43,884 bases of DNA from Octopus bimaculoides (taxonomy: Eukaryota): NCBI RefSeq assembly GCF_001194135.2, contig NC_068987.1:65798098-65841981 (forward strand), in the 5' to 3' direction. A program made the position numbers and the translations under genes. Shown here piece by piece: positions 1 to 10,446 of this stretch. Below the pieces are notes generated by a model. It was given only the letters and a program-made list of their open reading frames with translations. It did no database searches and had not been told where the DNA came from. Numbering within the stretch: position 1 is the first letter of the stretch; the number at the start of each line of letters is the position of its first letter.

Positions 1-36
<36 letters not shown>

Positions 37-122
37 CACACACATATACATATGTGTGTGTGTGTGTGTTTATGTGTATGTACGTGTGAGTGTACGTGTG
101 TGTATACACGTGAGTGAGTGCG
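1..122. repeat. Compound (TA)n/(CA)n/(TG)n microsatellite
   Basis: Directly visible dinucleotide runs. Confidence 0.95.
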
Positions 123-1229
123 TGTGGACGCTTTCCTTTGTCTTTTTTCTTTATGTGTCTTACGTAAAACGGTTGATTAAAAAAAACTACATAGATGTTT
201 GATAAATCACTCTATCAAGTATAAATCGATAAAATAAATACATAATTGAAGTAAGCACCGGTGTTGATATGTTCGACCGAAAGCGAGGTGGAGCTTAAGT
301 ATGTATGGCCTCTCTGAGTAATGAAACCAGTTAAACAATAAAATACAATAACGTACAATATTGGCAAAAACATATTGGAGTGCATTATGGATGTTACGGA
401 TGTATTGTCAAAGCGAATACTACCGTTATATCTAGGTTTCAAATTACGTATATGGTTTTCTTGAGCATGTTAATCGACACTTCTGATCTATGTACCTGGC
501 TGAAGACTAGAAAAAAAAAAGAAAAAAGAACGGAGAGATAAAGAACATAGAGTTAGATCTCCTATTAGCTGATTGTCATTCTGAAATCGAACATCTGCCA
601 GCAAGTAGTTTCAAAGAAAAGAAGAGAAAAAGAAATATGTTCGTATTTCATTGAAATACTCGATAAAGCATTCCATCAGGTTTTCTACAATGGCAGTGAA
701 GAAATGAAAGGGTGGATCATAATGTGGTCGAGCTAACTGTGTAACTAAATCCAATAATTTATATCATACAAAGTCAGCTGAAAATGACTGAATCACGCAA
801 GAAGACTATTGCTGTTTTAATAAACTATGTTGATGTAATTCCCGTCTTTCGTTTTAGCTACTCGCTTAATAAAAAAAATATATGCTTTGCTGTTTGAAGT
901 TACTGAGATGCTTTTCAAGAAATATAATTAATAACAACATCAATGTTAATAAATTACTTTTGGTTATTAGTTTTCGGAGATATAACAGCAACAGAAAAAA
1001 AACAAAAACAATGTTGACCGAACAAGGCCAAACAAATTTTTGTTTTAAATGTTTCCGTAAAATATCCCGAGTAGTATTTTTCTATTTTGCTCTTTTCCCT
1101 TTAAATCCCATGATATTATAAAGAAGAAAATTTAATTTGTTAAACTAAATATCATTTTCTTGTGAAACGTCTTATGAAATTTCACTGCTGAAATCAAAAT
1201 GTATAACTTAATTGCAGAATATCTGAAAC

Positions 1230-1437
1230 AACTTCAAACTTATAAACAACACACGCAAGCCTGTTTTCTAATTGGAGAAGCAGCTTTGTAGCATGTTGAA
1301 AGACATTCCAAAACCAATACATGTAGAAACCAATTCATTTTTAAAACCCATAAAATATGCAATGGAAAATCAATAACAACATATCTACGAACATATATGC
1401 ACTCACACACAAACTAATCAGCGTAGAATCTTATATA
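1230..1437 (+). repeat. Left arm of 208-bp inverted repeat (partner 2717-2924)
   Basis: Manual alignment with the reverse complement of 2717-2924 is ungapped, with 8 mismatches in 208 bp. Confidence 0.95.
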
Positions 1438-2716
1438 TTATCGATTGACCTGCCACAATTAGCGGTCAAATCTCCGGTTCAAAAACATGAAAGATTGGGT
1501 CCAGGTTGTGATGACATAATCTATTAAACTAATGCATTGCTTGTAAACAAAAGAAACAATGCGTGACAGTATTAATTTGTTCTGCTGACAAAATATGGTA
1601 CATACGCTGTTACTATTTACAATGTTGTGCTTTTCTGCTAGTATTTGTAGAGAATAAAGCAATTACGTAGATGAATTCGCATTGACTTCATTAGGACAAG
1701 ATAAATGGGTGCGGAAAATTTGAACTTCAAAAGGTGTTAATATGGGAGAGTTCTTTTCTGTTGATGGCAGCGTTTGCTAAAACAATACTTCTTTACGAAG
1801 CAACGCGTGCCGAATGATCCTATGTTTTGACGCAGCAATGTATGCTATGAGAACTGTTTCTGGGTTACGTTTCGGTTGCAAAGGCCATCAGGGTTGTCTT
1901 AGGCTGTGAATGATTGGCTATTCATGTTGATACAGCAGTACACTAATCAAAGACGGGTTGAGAATTTAACTATCAATTTATAAATGTATACATGTTCTCG
2001 TGGTTTTTCTTTTAAAAAGAACAAAACTGCTTTTTAACAGAGAAATGAAATAATACGAACTAAATATTCATATGATATTATATATGTGTATGCATGTATG
2101 TATATTTGTGTGTGTATCTATGTATTTATTATGTCAGGTTATTTCTAATTCAACTTGCAACATATAACCCAGTTCAACCTGTCGTATGATCCGTCCCTTG
2201 GCAAATAAACCAGCAAACTTACTAAGCTTGCTCGGCATGGAGGGTAGTTTTCATTGAACATCCTACAGGACGAGAAAAAAAATCTGTCATTGGATGGATG
2301 AACTCAATATAATCAACAGTCATCAAACAGTTGGGAGCAGGAGGTCTCAAGCTTTGTTTACTTTGTTTAGACATCTCACTAGGAGAAAGGAAACGCTGAT
2401 GTAACATTGCTCGCATCCAATGATGAAGACTACTACGTCCCTTTGAGTAAATGCTTACGCTGTATATAGCGTGGGTTTGACTCTATGCAGCGCCTTTCCG
2501 CACTTTAAAAAACCTCCAGGCACAATCATCACTTGATTTTTAAAAATCTAAATTCTCTTTATTATGTATTGCATACTCTAGCTGGACCTAGGCGAAAAGT
2601 GCAAAACTGTCACTTAAATATTCCTTGGTGGAATGAAGGCACGTGCCAGTATGGATGATAAGCTCTCTGAAAACCTATTCAATTGTTAAGTATTGACGCA
2701 TTCAATAAGCAAGTGT

Positions 2717-2924
2717 TATATAAGATTCTACGCTGATTAGTTTGTGTGTGAGTGCATATATGTGCGTAGATATGTTGTTATTGATTTTCCATTGCATATT
2801 TTTTGGGTTTTAAAAATGAATTGCTTTCTACATCTATAGGTTTTGGAATGTCTTTCAACATGCTACAAAGCTGCTTCCCCAATTAGAAAACAGGCTTGTG
2901 TATGTTGTTTATAAGTTTGAAGTT
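2717..2924 (-). repeat. Right arm of 208-bp inverted repeat (partner 1230-1437)
   Basis: Reverse complement begins AACTTCAAACTTATAAACAA and ends GCGTAGAATCTTATATA, as does the left arm. It ends 10 bp before an assembly gap. Confidence 0.95.
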
Positions 2925-2934
2925 ACAAGATTAT

Positions 2935-3666
2935 NNNNNNNNNNNNNNNNNNNNNNNNNNNNNNNNNNNNNNNNNNNNNNNNNNNNNNNNNNNNNNNNNN
3001 NNNNNNNNNNNNNNNNNNNNNNNNNNNNNNNNNNNNNNNNNNNNNNNNNNNNNNNNNNNNNNNNNNNNNNNNNNNNNNNNNNNNNNNNNNNNNNNNNNNN
3101 NNNNNNNNNNNNNNNNNNNNNNNNNNNNNNNNNNNNNNNNNNNNNNNNNNNNNNNNNNNNNNNNNNNNNNNNNNNNNNNNNNNNNNNNNNNNNNNNNNNN
3201 NNNNNNNNNNNNNNNNNNNNNNNNNNNNNNNNNNNNNNNNNNNNNNNNNNNNNNNNNNNNNNNNNNNNNNNNNNNNNNNNNNNNNNNNNNNNNNNNNNNN
3301 NNNNNNNNNNNNNNNNNNNNNNNNNNNNNNNNNNNNNNNNNNNNNNNNNNNNNNNNNNNNNNNNNNNNNNNNNNNNNNNNNNNNNNNNNNNNNNNNNNNN
3401 NNNNNNNNNNNNNNNNNNNNNNNNNNNNNNNNNNNNNNNNNNNNNNNNNNNNNNNNNNNNNNNNNNNNNNNNNNNNNNNNNNNNNNNNNNNNNNNNNNNN
3501 NNNNNNNNNNNNNNNNNNNNNNNNNNNNNNNNNNNNNNNNNNNNNNNNNNNNNNNNNNNNNNNNNNNNNNNNNNNNNNNNNNNNNNNNNNNNNNNNNNNN
3601 NNNNNNNNNNNNNNNNNNNNNNNNNNNNNNNNNNNNNNNNNNNNNNNNNNNNNNNNNNNNNNNNNN
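2935..3666. other. Assembly gap (N run), followed by (CA)n to ~3740
   Basis: N characters in the sequence. Confidence 1.
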
Positions 3667-3731
<65 letters not shown>

Positions 3732-5121
3732 ATACACACATACATATATTGATGGCAGTTTCATCATTTGGTGAAGAATTTAGATCTGAAATTAAGAATC
3801 TCTGCAAGGTTGTTACGACTTCTGAATATGAAACGCATAATTCAGATTTTGTATCATTTCTGTACTGGCTGTACCTCCCGATGACCTTCTTCATATAGAA
3901 TATAGGAGCATGTTCTTTGAGATTCTAGACGTAACTGAAAAGTGTTGCAACATTACCCTTTTTGATATTTCTGAAAGAAGGTATACGTTTGAAGTATTAC
4001 TATTTAAATTGATCTTCCATCCAATATGCAATACAAGAAACACTGCATCAAAAAATACCAACTCAGAAACGTTACAGTGCAAGAAGTTGTTTCTAATATT
4101 ATGGTAAATGTTCAGAACCCATATGAAAGTCTGTGTCACGATGTATTATCTCTAATGTGCTGTGTGTATATCATTCAGGATATACACCAACACATTATAT
4201 ATATATAATGGAAAGAAAGTTGATAAAAATGGCAACGAGTTAATAAGGATAAAGCAAATTCAAATACCTTGAGGTCATTGCAAAATGTCAGCTGTTTTAG
4301 GCTTTTGTTAAACAATGTCTAACATCTAACATTTCTTGTTCGCAATGAAATAAATCACAATTTTATAATCGGTTATTAAATATGTACTGATAAAGAAGAG
4401 GTGAATGTTGGGAGCAGACGGTCTATGTTTTGAAAATGAATGATGCGACGTTTCTGCTTTTACCAATATCGATTAATACCCTCATAACTTGGACGTGATT
4501 TCTTACACAATCATCAACCGTTGTCTTCCTCTTACCGTTTAAGCTTCTTTTAGACTATTCGCCATCTGCTAATTACAATAGTAGAGAATATTTGGGAATA
4601 AATAACTGCTTTTTAGATTCGTAATTTGGCACATATTGTTTCACTATAAAAGGTTAAAATTGTGTCTTTAAATTAATAATCTTTTATTTTATAGTGTAAT
4701 TTTCATAACATAACTTCCGAATCTTTAACAGAAAAAAACCTGCTGAAAAGGAAATTAAAAATCATACGATATTTAAACAACGAATATTTATATTACTGTA
4801 TGATCTTAGGAAAATAAAATACATAATAGCGAAAATACTAAAGATAATCACTCAATACAGTAGGTAAAAGGTTTTTCAGATACCAAAAGCAACTAGTATT
4901 CTATGATTTCCCAGAATGTCCCGACCTAATGAAAATATGTAAACTGTTTTCTAAAGCAAATGTATTAGCCGACTTATGCTGCATTAAGTGGATTTATTGC
5001 ATATGATGAAAGACTTATAGGATTGAATCAACATCTAGACACCTCTGGTATTCATTGTATAAGTTATAGAAGGATAAAATATCACTAAATACATAATTTT
5101 CTCAAATTATATATTTAGTGA

Positions 5122-5184
5122 NNNNNNNNNNNNNNNNNNNNNNNNNNNNNNNNNNNNNNNNNNNNNNNNNNNNNNNNNNNNNNN
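5122..5184. other. Assembly gap (N run)
   Basis: N characters in the sequence. Confidence 1.
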
Positions 5185-5191
5185 ATAAAAG

Positions 5192-5363
5192 AAGTAAGTT
5201 AATTACATCGACCCCAGTGCTCAACTGATACATATATTATCGACCCGGAAAGGATGAAAGGCAAAGAGGGCTTCGGCAGAATTTGAACTCAAAATATAAA
5301 GAGCCTGAAGAAATATCGATAAACATTTCGTCCTGTGCATTAACGTTACCGCCAGGTCGTCGC
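5192..5363 (-). mobile_element. tRNA-type SINE family A, diverged copy
   Basis: Shares ATCGACCCCAGTGCTCAACTG...GAAAGGATGAAAGGCAAAG...GAATTTGAACTC with 7269-7480 and the 37-kb copies. On the minus strand GAGTTCAAATTC is a Pol III B-box-like motif. Confidence 0.85.
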
Positions 5364-6077
5364 AATGAATGGTAATAATAATAATAATACTAATAATAAT
5401 GGTTTCAAATTTCGGATGAAGAGCAAGTGATATAGTAGCGCTACAAAAACTGAAATGTTTACAGAATCAAGTAAGAAAAAATCCTGCCTCACACACAATA
5501 CGTTCGTTTGAAGGAGGGTTTTGCCTTGCATGTATCTGAGTGAGGTCCCTCTGACGGTGTATCCATGTCCGTAAATGTTGACCCCAGCGGAAATTGTTTC
5601 CGCTTGGAATTCTGTGAGAGGCAGGTACTTCTAGATGTTCATTGCTTTTTGTTTGAAAGTCCTCCCGTTGTAACAACTTGTTTCTTTCTCGCATATGTCA
5701 AGAATTTTCCCCTAAAAAACACTATCACTCACGCTCGCCAATAACTGTCTATAAAATATATAACTTGGTAACCGGTCAGTATTCAAATGGTGGCGAATTG
5801 GTTGTGTCATTCAAATGTCATTTGATACAGTTTTCGGCGCCCTGAGATTGTATCTCACCGAAGTCAATTTTACCTTCATCACTCCGGGTTCGATAAATAG
5901 GGCAAACGATTAAGGGAATTATAAAGGCGTCGGACTGACTTACTTGTGGCATCTGTTCCATCTCCTTGCTTTCTGTCAGTAACACCCTGACAGCACCGGC
6001 GCCAAGCTAAATCAATCCTTACCTTTCCCTTGGAGAGCATCAGTGACGTTGAATGAAGAGATTTGCATGCATGGGTA

Positions 6078-7125
6078 ATTACAGGTCTGAAGTTTTATAA
6101 TTAGTCAAAGTATGAGCCGTGAAAATCTCTGCCATCGATCAACGAGATAATTTATGCCTCGTTGATAAAAACTTATTGGCTTTGATGCTAAGAAATCCTT
6201 AAACGTTGACTCCTCCTCTGGTTTGGACTTGAATGTTTTATCACTTAAAAATCTGTTTAAATGCTTTAAAATTTTAGTCAGTGAATGAAAGATCAAGAGA
6301 TTATGGAGGATGTGGTAAAGTCATGTATCCCAAGTCTATGAATTTCTGCAGCGTCATTCTTGCAGCATGTGGCCCTGAGTTTTCGTGGGGCAGAATTGGG
6401 CCACGCTAATTCACCAACGCAGATCTCATTATTTGCATGTGTGCATGCATTACAGGAAACCTCTGCTGTAATGCTCTGATTGGTTTCCAGAAAGCTATAA
6501 TGGACAACACCAATTGCAGACCACTAGGCAGCCACCATAATCTTTTGCTGATGCAACTTTGGTTTTGAGAAATGTTTGAGGGACTCATCGCAATCAAGCC
6601 ATTGACCTGATCCTTTTCGGATATCATAAAGGAACCACTTTTCGTCACAAGTGACTATTCGGTCAAGAAAAAGATCAATGGTGTTTCGCAGAAAGAGTAT
6701 CTAGCACAGTTCAAAACGGCGAACTTTTTGATTTTCACTGAGCTCACGCGGTGCCCATTTATCGTGCTTTTTCACCTTACCAATCTTGTACAGATTGCAT
6801 GAGACCGTTGCAATACCGATACCAAGTGGTGACTGAGACAGTTCTCTGAAACTTTGATGTAGATTTTATTCAACAATTGCTTTCAATTGTTCATTGTCAA
6901 GACTGCATGACCGTCCTCTACCTTCTTCATATTGAAGGCTCTCATCACCACTTCGGAATTTCTGAAACCACCTTTGTACTGTGAGATTACTTGTGGATCC
7001 CACGCTCCATGCTCTGTTGATATTGGCAACAGTTTGGGAGGCATGCAAGAAAAGTAATCGAAGGTCCTTTTTCTGCCATGTTCATAATTAAGGGCGCCAA
7101 TGCTTCAAGAATGTTTCCTACCTGA
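6078..7125 (-). mobile_element. Mariner (DD34D) DNA transposon relic; element boundaries approximate
   Basis: Contains the transposase pseudogene below. TIRs were not confidently resolved. Confidence 0.85.
6105..7085 (-). pseudogene. Mariner transposase pseudogene (stops and frameshifts)
   Basis: Minus-strand translations: MNMAEK, TVQRWFQKFRSGDESL..EEGRGR (HTH region), FLDRIVTCDEKWFLYD, RGPILPHENSGPHAA (HDNARPH-like, D->E), LPHPP*SLDLSFTD and FYQRGINYLVDRWQ. Exactly 34 residues separate the second and third catalytic positions. Confidence 0.92.
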
Positions 7126-7166
7126 AACAAGTAGAGAATTAAATGATTCTGCCAGCCTTTCGCCTC

Positions 7167-7180
7167 TGCTACTACTACTG

Positions 7181-7214
<34 letters not shown>

Positions 7215-7268
7215 AACAACAACAACAACAACAACGACGACGATGACGATAATAATAATAATAATAAT
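7167..7268. repeat. Compound trinucleotide microsatellite (CTA)n(CAA)n(GAC/GAT)(AAT)n
   Basis: Directly visible. It forms the 3' tail side of the adjacent SINE. Confidence 0.95.
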
Positions 7269-7480
7269 GGTTTCCAATTTTGCCACAAGGGCAGCAATTT
7301 TCGGGAAGGGTTGAGTCGATTATATCGACGACAGTGTTCAACTGGTACTTATTTTATTGACCCCGAAAGGATAAAAGGTAAAGTCGTCCTTGGCGGAATT
7401 TGAACTCAAAACGTAGTGACGGGCGAAATACCGCTAATCATTTCGTCCAGTGACCTCACGTTCCTACCAGCTGGCTGCCT
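7269..7480 (-). mobile_element. tRNA-type SINE family A, near full length
   Basis: The minus strand reads AGGCAGCCAGCTGGTAGGAACGTGAG (A-box-like), GAGTTCAAATTCCGCC (B-box-like), then a body ending GGAAACC followed by (ATT)n. Confidence 0.88.
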
Positions 7481-7770
7481 TAATAATAATAAAGATAATA
7501 ATGATGATGGTGATGGTGATGATGATGATGATGATGATGATGAAAACAACACTGTAGTCACATACCTATATTGCAAATAGACAGTGGAATAATAAAAACC
7601 GCAGATTATCAAACCAACTAGCTCAGAATACTCTCCACTTATATTCAGTGTTCATATTTCGTTGTCGCCGATAGGATGAAAAATAAATGCAGGAGGAGGA
7701 ATTGAACTTGTCCCATATATTTTTATTAGACCTTTCCTTGACCTTCTTCTAATGTCAAAAATCAATTTTC

Positions 7771-7881
7771 AAAATCACAGTTCGTGTTTGTGCCTCGTTC
7801 CAACGACATTGCACCGTGTTTCTGGGCAACGGCACTCAACGTCACCATATTGAATCGCTTTCAATATATTACATGAAGCAG
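7771..7881 (+). repeat. 111-bp segment duplicated at 9970-10079
   Basis: AAAATCACAGTTCGTG...CACTCAACGTCACCATATTGAAT...TATATTACATGAAGCAG occurs at both sites at roughly 90% identity with one 1-bp indel. Confidence 0.92.
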
Positions 7882-9475
7882 AAATCTCTAGCAGAGCTCT
7901 AATATCTTAAAAGGTTAAGATATTTACTATCACAATTCTGTTTCCAGCTCTGGATTTTAGTGGATTACTGATTTTAAGGCGATTTTTTTTTGTGTTCAAT
8001 TAATCTAGTCAGTTAAATTTTGTTCGCTTTTTAAGGCATAAAGAAATAAACAGAACACTGAAATAAAACGAAAATATAACAGATTTCTTGTTGCCCCGCT
8101 CAAATCAGAATTCACATGATGAAAGAAAAATATATCAAAGAGCAGAAAAGTTATAAATCATATAAAAACATATTCCAACCAAAAATAAAAAAGGACAAAA
8201 ATTAAAATAATTTTCTATTCATAGAACGATGCAACATCACACACGATGATCTTTTCACTAAAATAGTCACTGATGTAATTCCCCTAAGATGCATGATTGC
8301 AACAAGTGATGCGGCTATTTCGAATTCAAATTCAGTAAAAGTGATTCGGGATGTTAAATCATTTAATTATTTGTTGATGCGTGTCTCCAGATTCAAAAAT
8401 CATTCATGCATATCACTTCAAACTATTCTTACATCATTGCATGATATAAAAAAATCAAAGAAACTTTTCTTTTTATAAACAACTTTTTTCTGTTATTAAA
8501 ATAATTTTTTTCTTTATAAACTTACTTTTAAAATATGAAAGATATTTCTGAGATTGATACAAGAGTAAACTTTTTGTCGATCGAGTGCTGAATTAATAAA
8601 CCACATATTCTATGGACGGTTGTTTTGCGTGGTGCTTTCAGTGGCAATCTAATGCAACCTATAGGATTTGAACTTATGTCACTGAGAGGTAGGATAAACA
8701 CTAGCACCCTTTCTTTTTTTGCCACTCTACCGCTTTGACTATTTCTAACATTGGCACAAGGCTATAAATGTTGAACAACGCAGTGGATTAAAACGATACT
8801 AGTATATTAGTGGTAGATTTTCACCAACATGAAAAAAATGAAAGTAATACATTTGGGATTTGAAATTTGAAATTAGAACGTCAAGGATTGTGACTAAATA
8901 TCTTGACTCTTATGGTATTCTATGGCCTTTATATGTTAAAGAAAATTAATATCCTATATCTTAACCAATTCACATGCACCGGGGATTGAATCGATTAATA
9001 AAAAAAAGCATAGCAAAGATAAGAAAGCGGGTGAGGCAGACAAGGGAAGAGGTGGTAAAATTTCATGCTTCAATTAAATAGAAAATTAATTTTAAAAAGA
9101 GACGACGAAGTATCCAAGAAAGAGGGTAAGGCGGGTGAGAGGTAGTAGTACGGAATACGGAGGGATAAGGAGCTTAAATATTCTTGCTGTATCGAAAAGG
9201 AACATTATCAAAATTTGTTGTCAACAACAAAAAAAAAAGGGTATTTGAAAGAAATCTAAATTTGTTATCAACAGAGTTTCTATATGATAATACATAAATT
9301 CTCTCAGACAAGATTAAATTCAATGCTTAGAATGATGAAAGTAGCTGCTGTGCAGCATTTAATTCAAATTACTGCTATTCTTATTAACTCGATCCTTTTA
9401 AAATATTGATTTTCATCCGTTGTCAATCCTACAGGATCTTGGTACTATATAGTACATTCGAAAACTGTAATACTG

Positions 9476-9553
9476 TGTTAACATTTACTTGACATGAACC
9501 AACTTGCACAACTCTGTTAACATTTACTTTACACGAGCCAATGTGCACAACTT
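9476..9553 (+). repeat. Two tandem 39-bp units
   Basis: TGTTAACATTTACTTGACATGAACCAACTTGCACAACTC followed by TGTTAACATTTACTTTACACGAGCCAATGTGCACAACTT. Confidence 0.9.
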
Positions 9554-9671
9554 GCGAGAATCTATCTACATGGACATCACATATATCAACTTCACCCGGC
9601 TCTAATGGCCTGCATTTATCATAGGCACACATCATCATGGCCTTCAATATAAATCTATAAATTTACATCGT

Positions 9672-10136
9672 GGAAGCGCAGTGGCCTAGTTGTTAGGGGC
9701 AGAGGACTTGCGGTCGTAGGATCGCGGTTTCGATTTCCAGACCGGGTGTTGTGTTTATTGAGCGAAAACACATAAAGCTCCATGAAGTCCGGCAGGGGTT
9801 GAGGGTGGCGAACCCTGCTGTACTCTTTCACCACAACCTTCTCTCAAACTATCTTCCTGTTGCTATTGTACCAGTATTTCAAAAGGCCAGCCTTATCACG
9901 CTGAATCACCCCGAGAACTACGTTAAGGGTACACGTGTCTGTGGAGTGATCAGCTACTTGCACGTTTTTAAAATCGCAGTTCGTGTATGTGCCTCTTCCA
10001 ACGACTTTGCACTGTGTTTCTGGGAAATGGCACTCAACGTCACCATATTGAATTGCTTTCAATATATTACATGAAGCAGGATGTTCCGTTGATCGGATCA
10101 ACTGGAACCTTCGTCGTCGTAAACGACGGAGTGCCA
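9672..10136 (+). mobile_element. tRNA-derived SINE family B containing a ~100-bp extra segment
   Basis: The 5' head GGAAGCGCAGTGGCCTAGTTGTTAGG...GGTTTCGATTTCC is tRNA-like, with A-box and B-box motifs. The 3' end is ...TCGTCGTCGTAAACGACGGAGTGCCA. Confidence 0.85.
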
Positions 10137-10340
10137 CTACGATGAACTTAAACCTCACCCATATATATATGTATATATATATATATATGCAAGATATGTT
10201 AGAGGTTATGCAACCATCTAAGGGATAGATGTGTCTGTAGGCACTCCTGGTTTATTATTTCACTAGGTATAGTCCTCATTATAAGGTATACGGTAGTAAG
10301 TAATTTAAAGATAAAACCGTAGCTTAATATATTCAGATAA

Positions 10341-10446
10341 CGCCTTCGGCGTCGATAAAATAAGTACCAGTTGAGCACTGGAGTCGATGTGATCGACTCG
10401 GCCCATCCCCCGAACTTGCCCGCCTTGCGCCAACGTTTGACACCAA
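10341..10446 (+). mobile_element. SINE family A, 3' fragment
   Basis: GTCGATAAAATAAGTACCAGTTGAGCACTGGAGTCGATGTGATCGAC matches the reverse complement of the 5192 and 7269 copies. Confidence 0.8.

Noticed and set aside
335-541. Open frame containing KHIGVHYGCYGC, loosely like a nuclear-receptor zinc finger (HYG..CEGC)
   Set aside because: It lacks the first CxxC and the CxxFF motif, has no supporting splice sites and ends in a poly-A-derived run.
1862-1897. Hammerhead-like string on the minus strand (CTGATGG..CCGAAACGTA)
   Set aside because: The core lacks A9, stem II barely pairs and stem I does not pair.
2896-3774. Long ORFs in the supplied track here and at ~13.1-13.5, 26.6-27.0, 33.7-34.8 and 35.9-36.2 kb
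   Set aside because: They are made of N-runs and dinucleotide/tetranucleotide repeats (X, HT, YI, MYVC), so they are artefacts.
5945-6040. Apparent minus-strand mini-exon with a GTAAGT donor (LGAGAVRVLLTESKEMEQMPQ)
   Set aside because: The sequence (CCAAGGGAAAGG..AGCTTGGCGCC) looks like a decayed interspersed-repeat body, from recall. There is no independent coding evidence.
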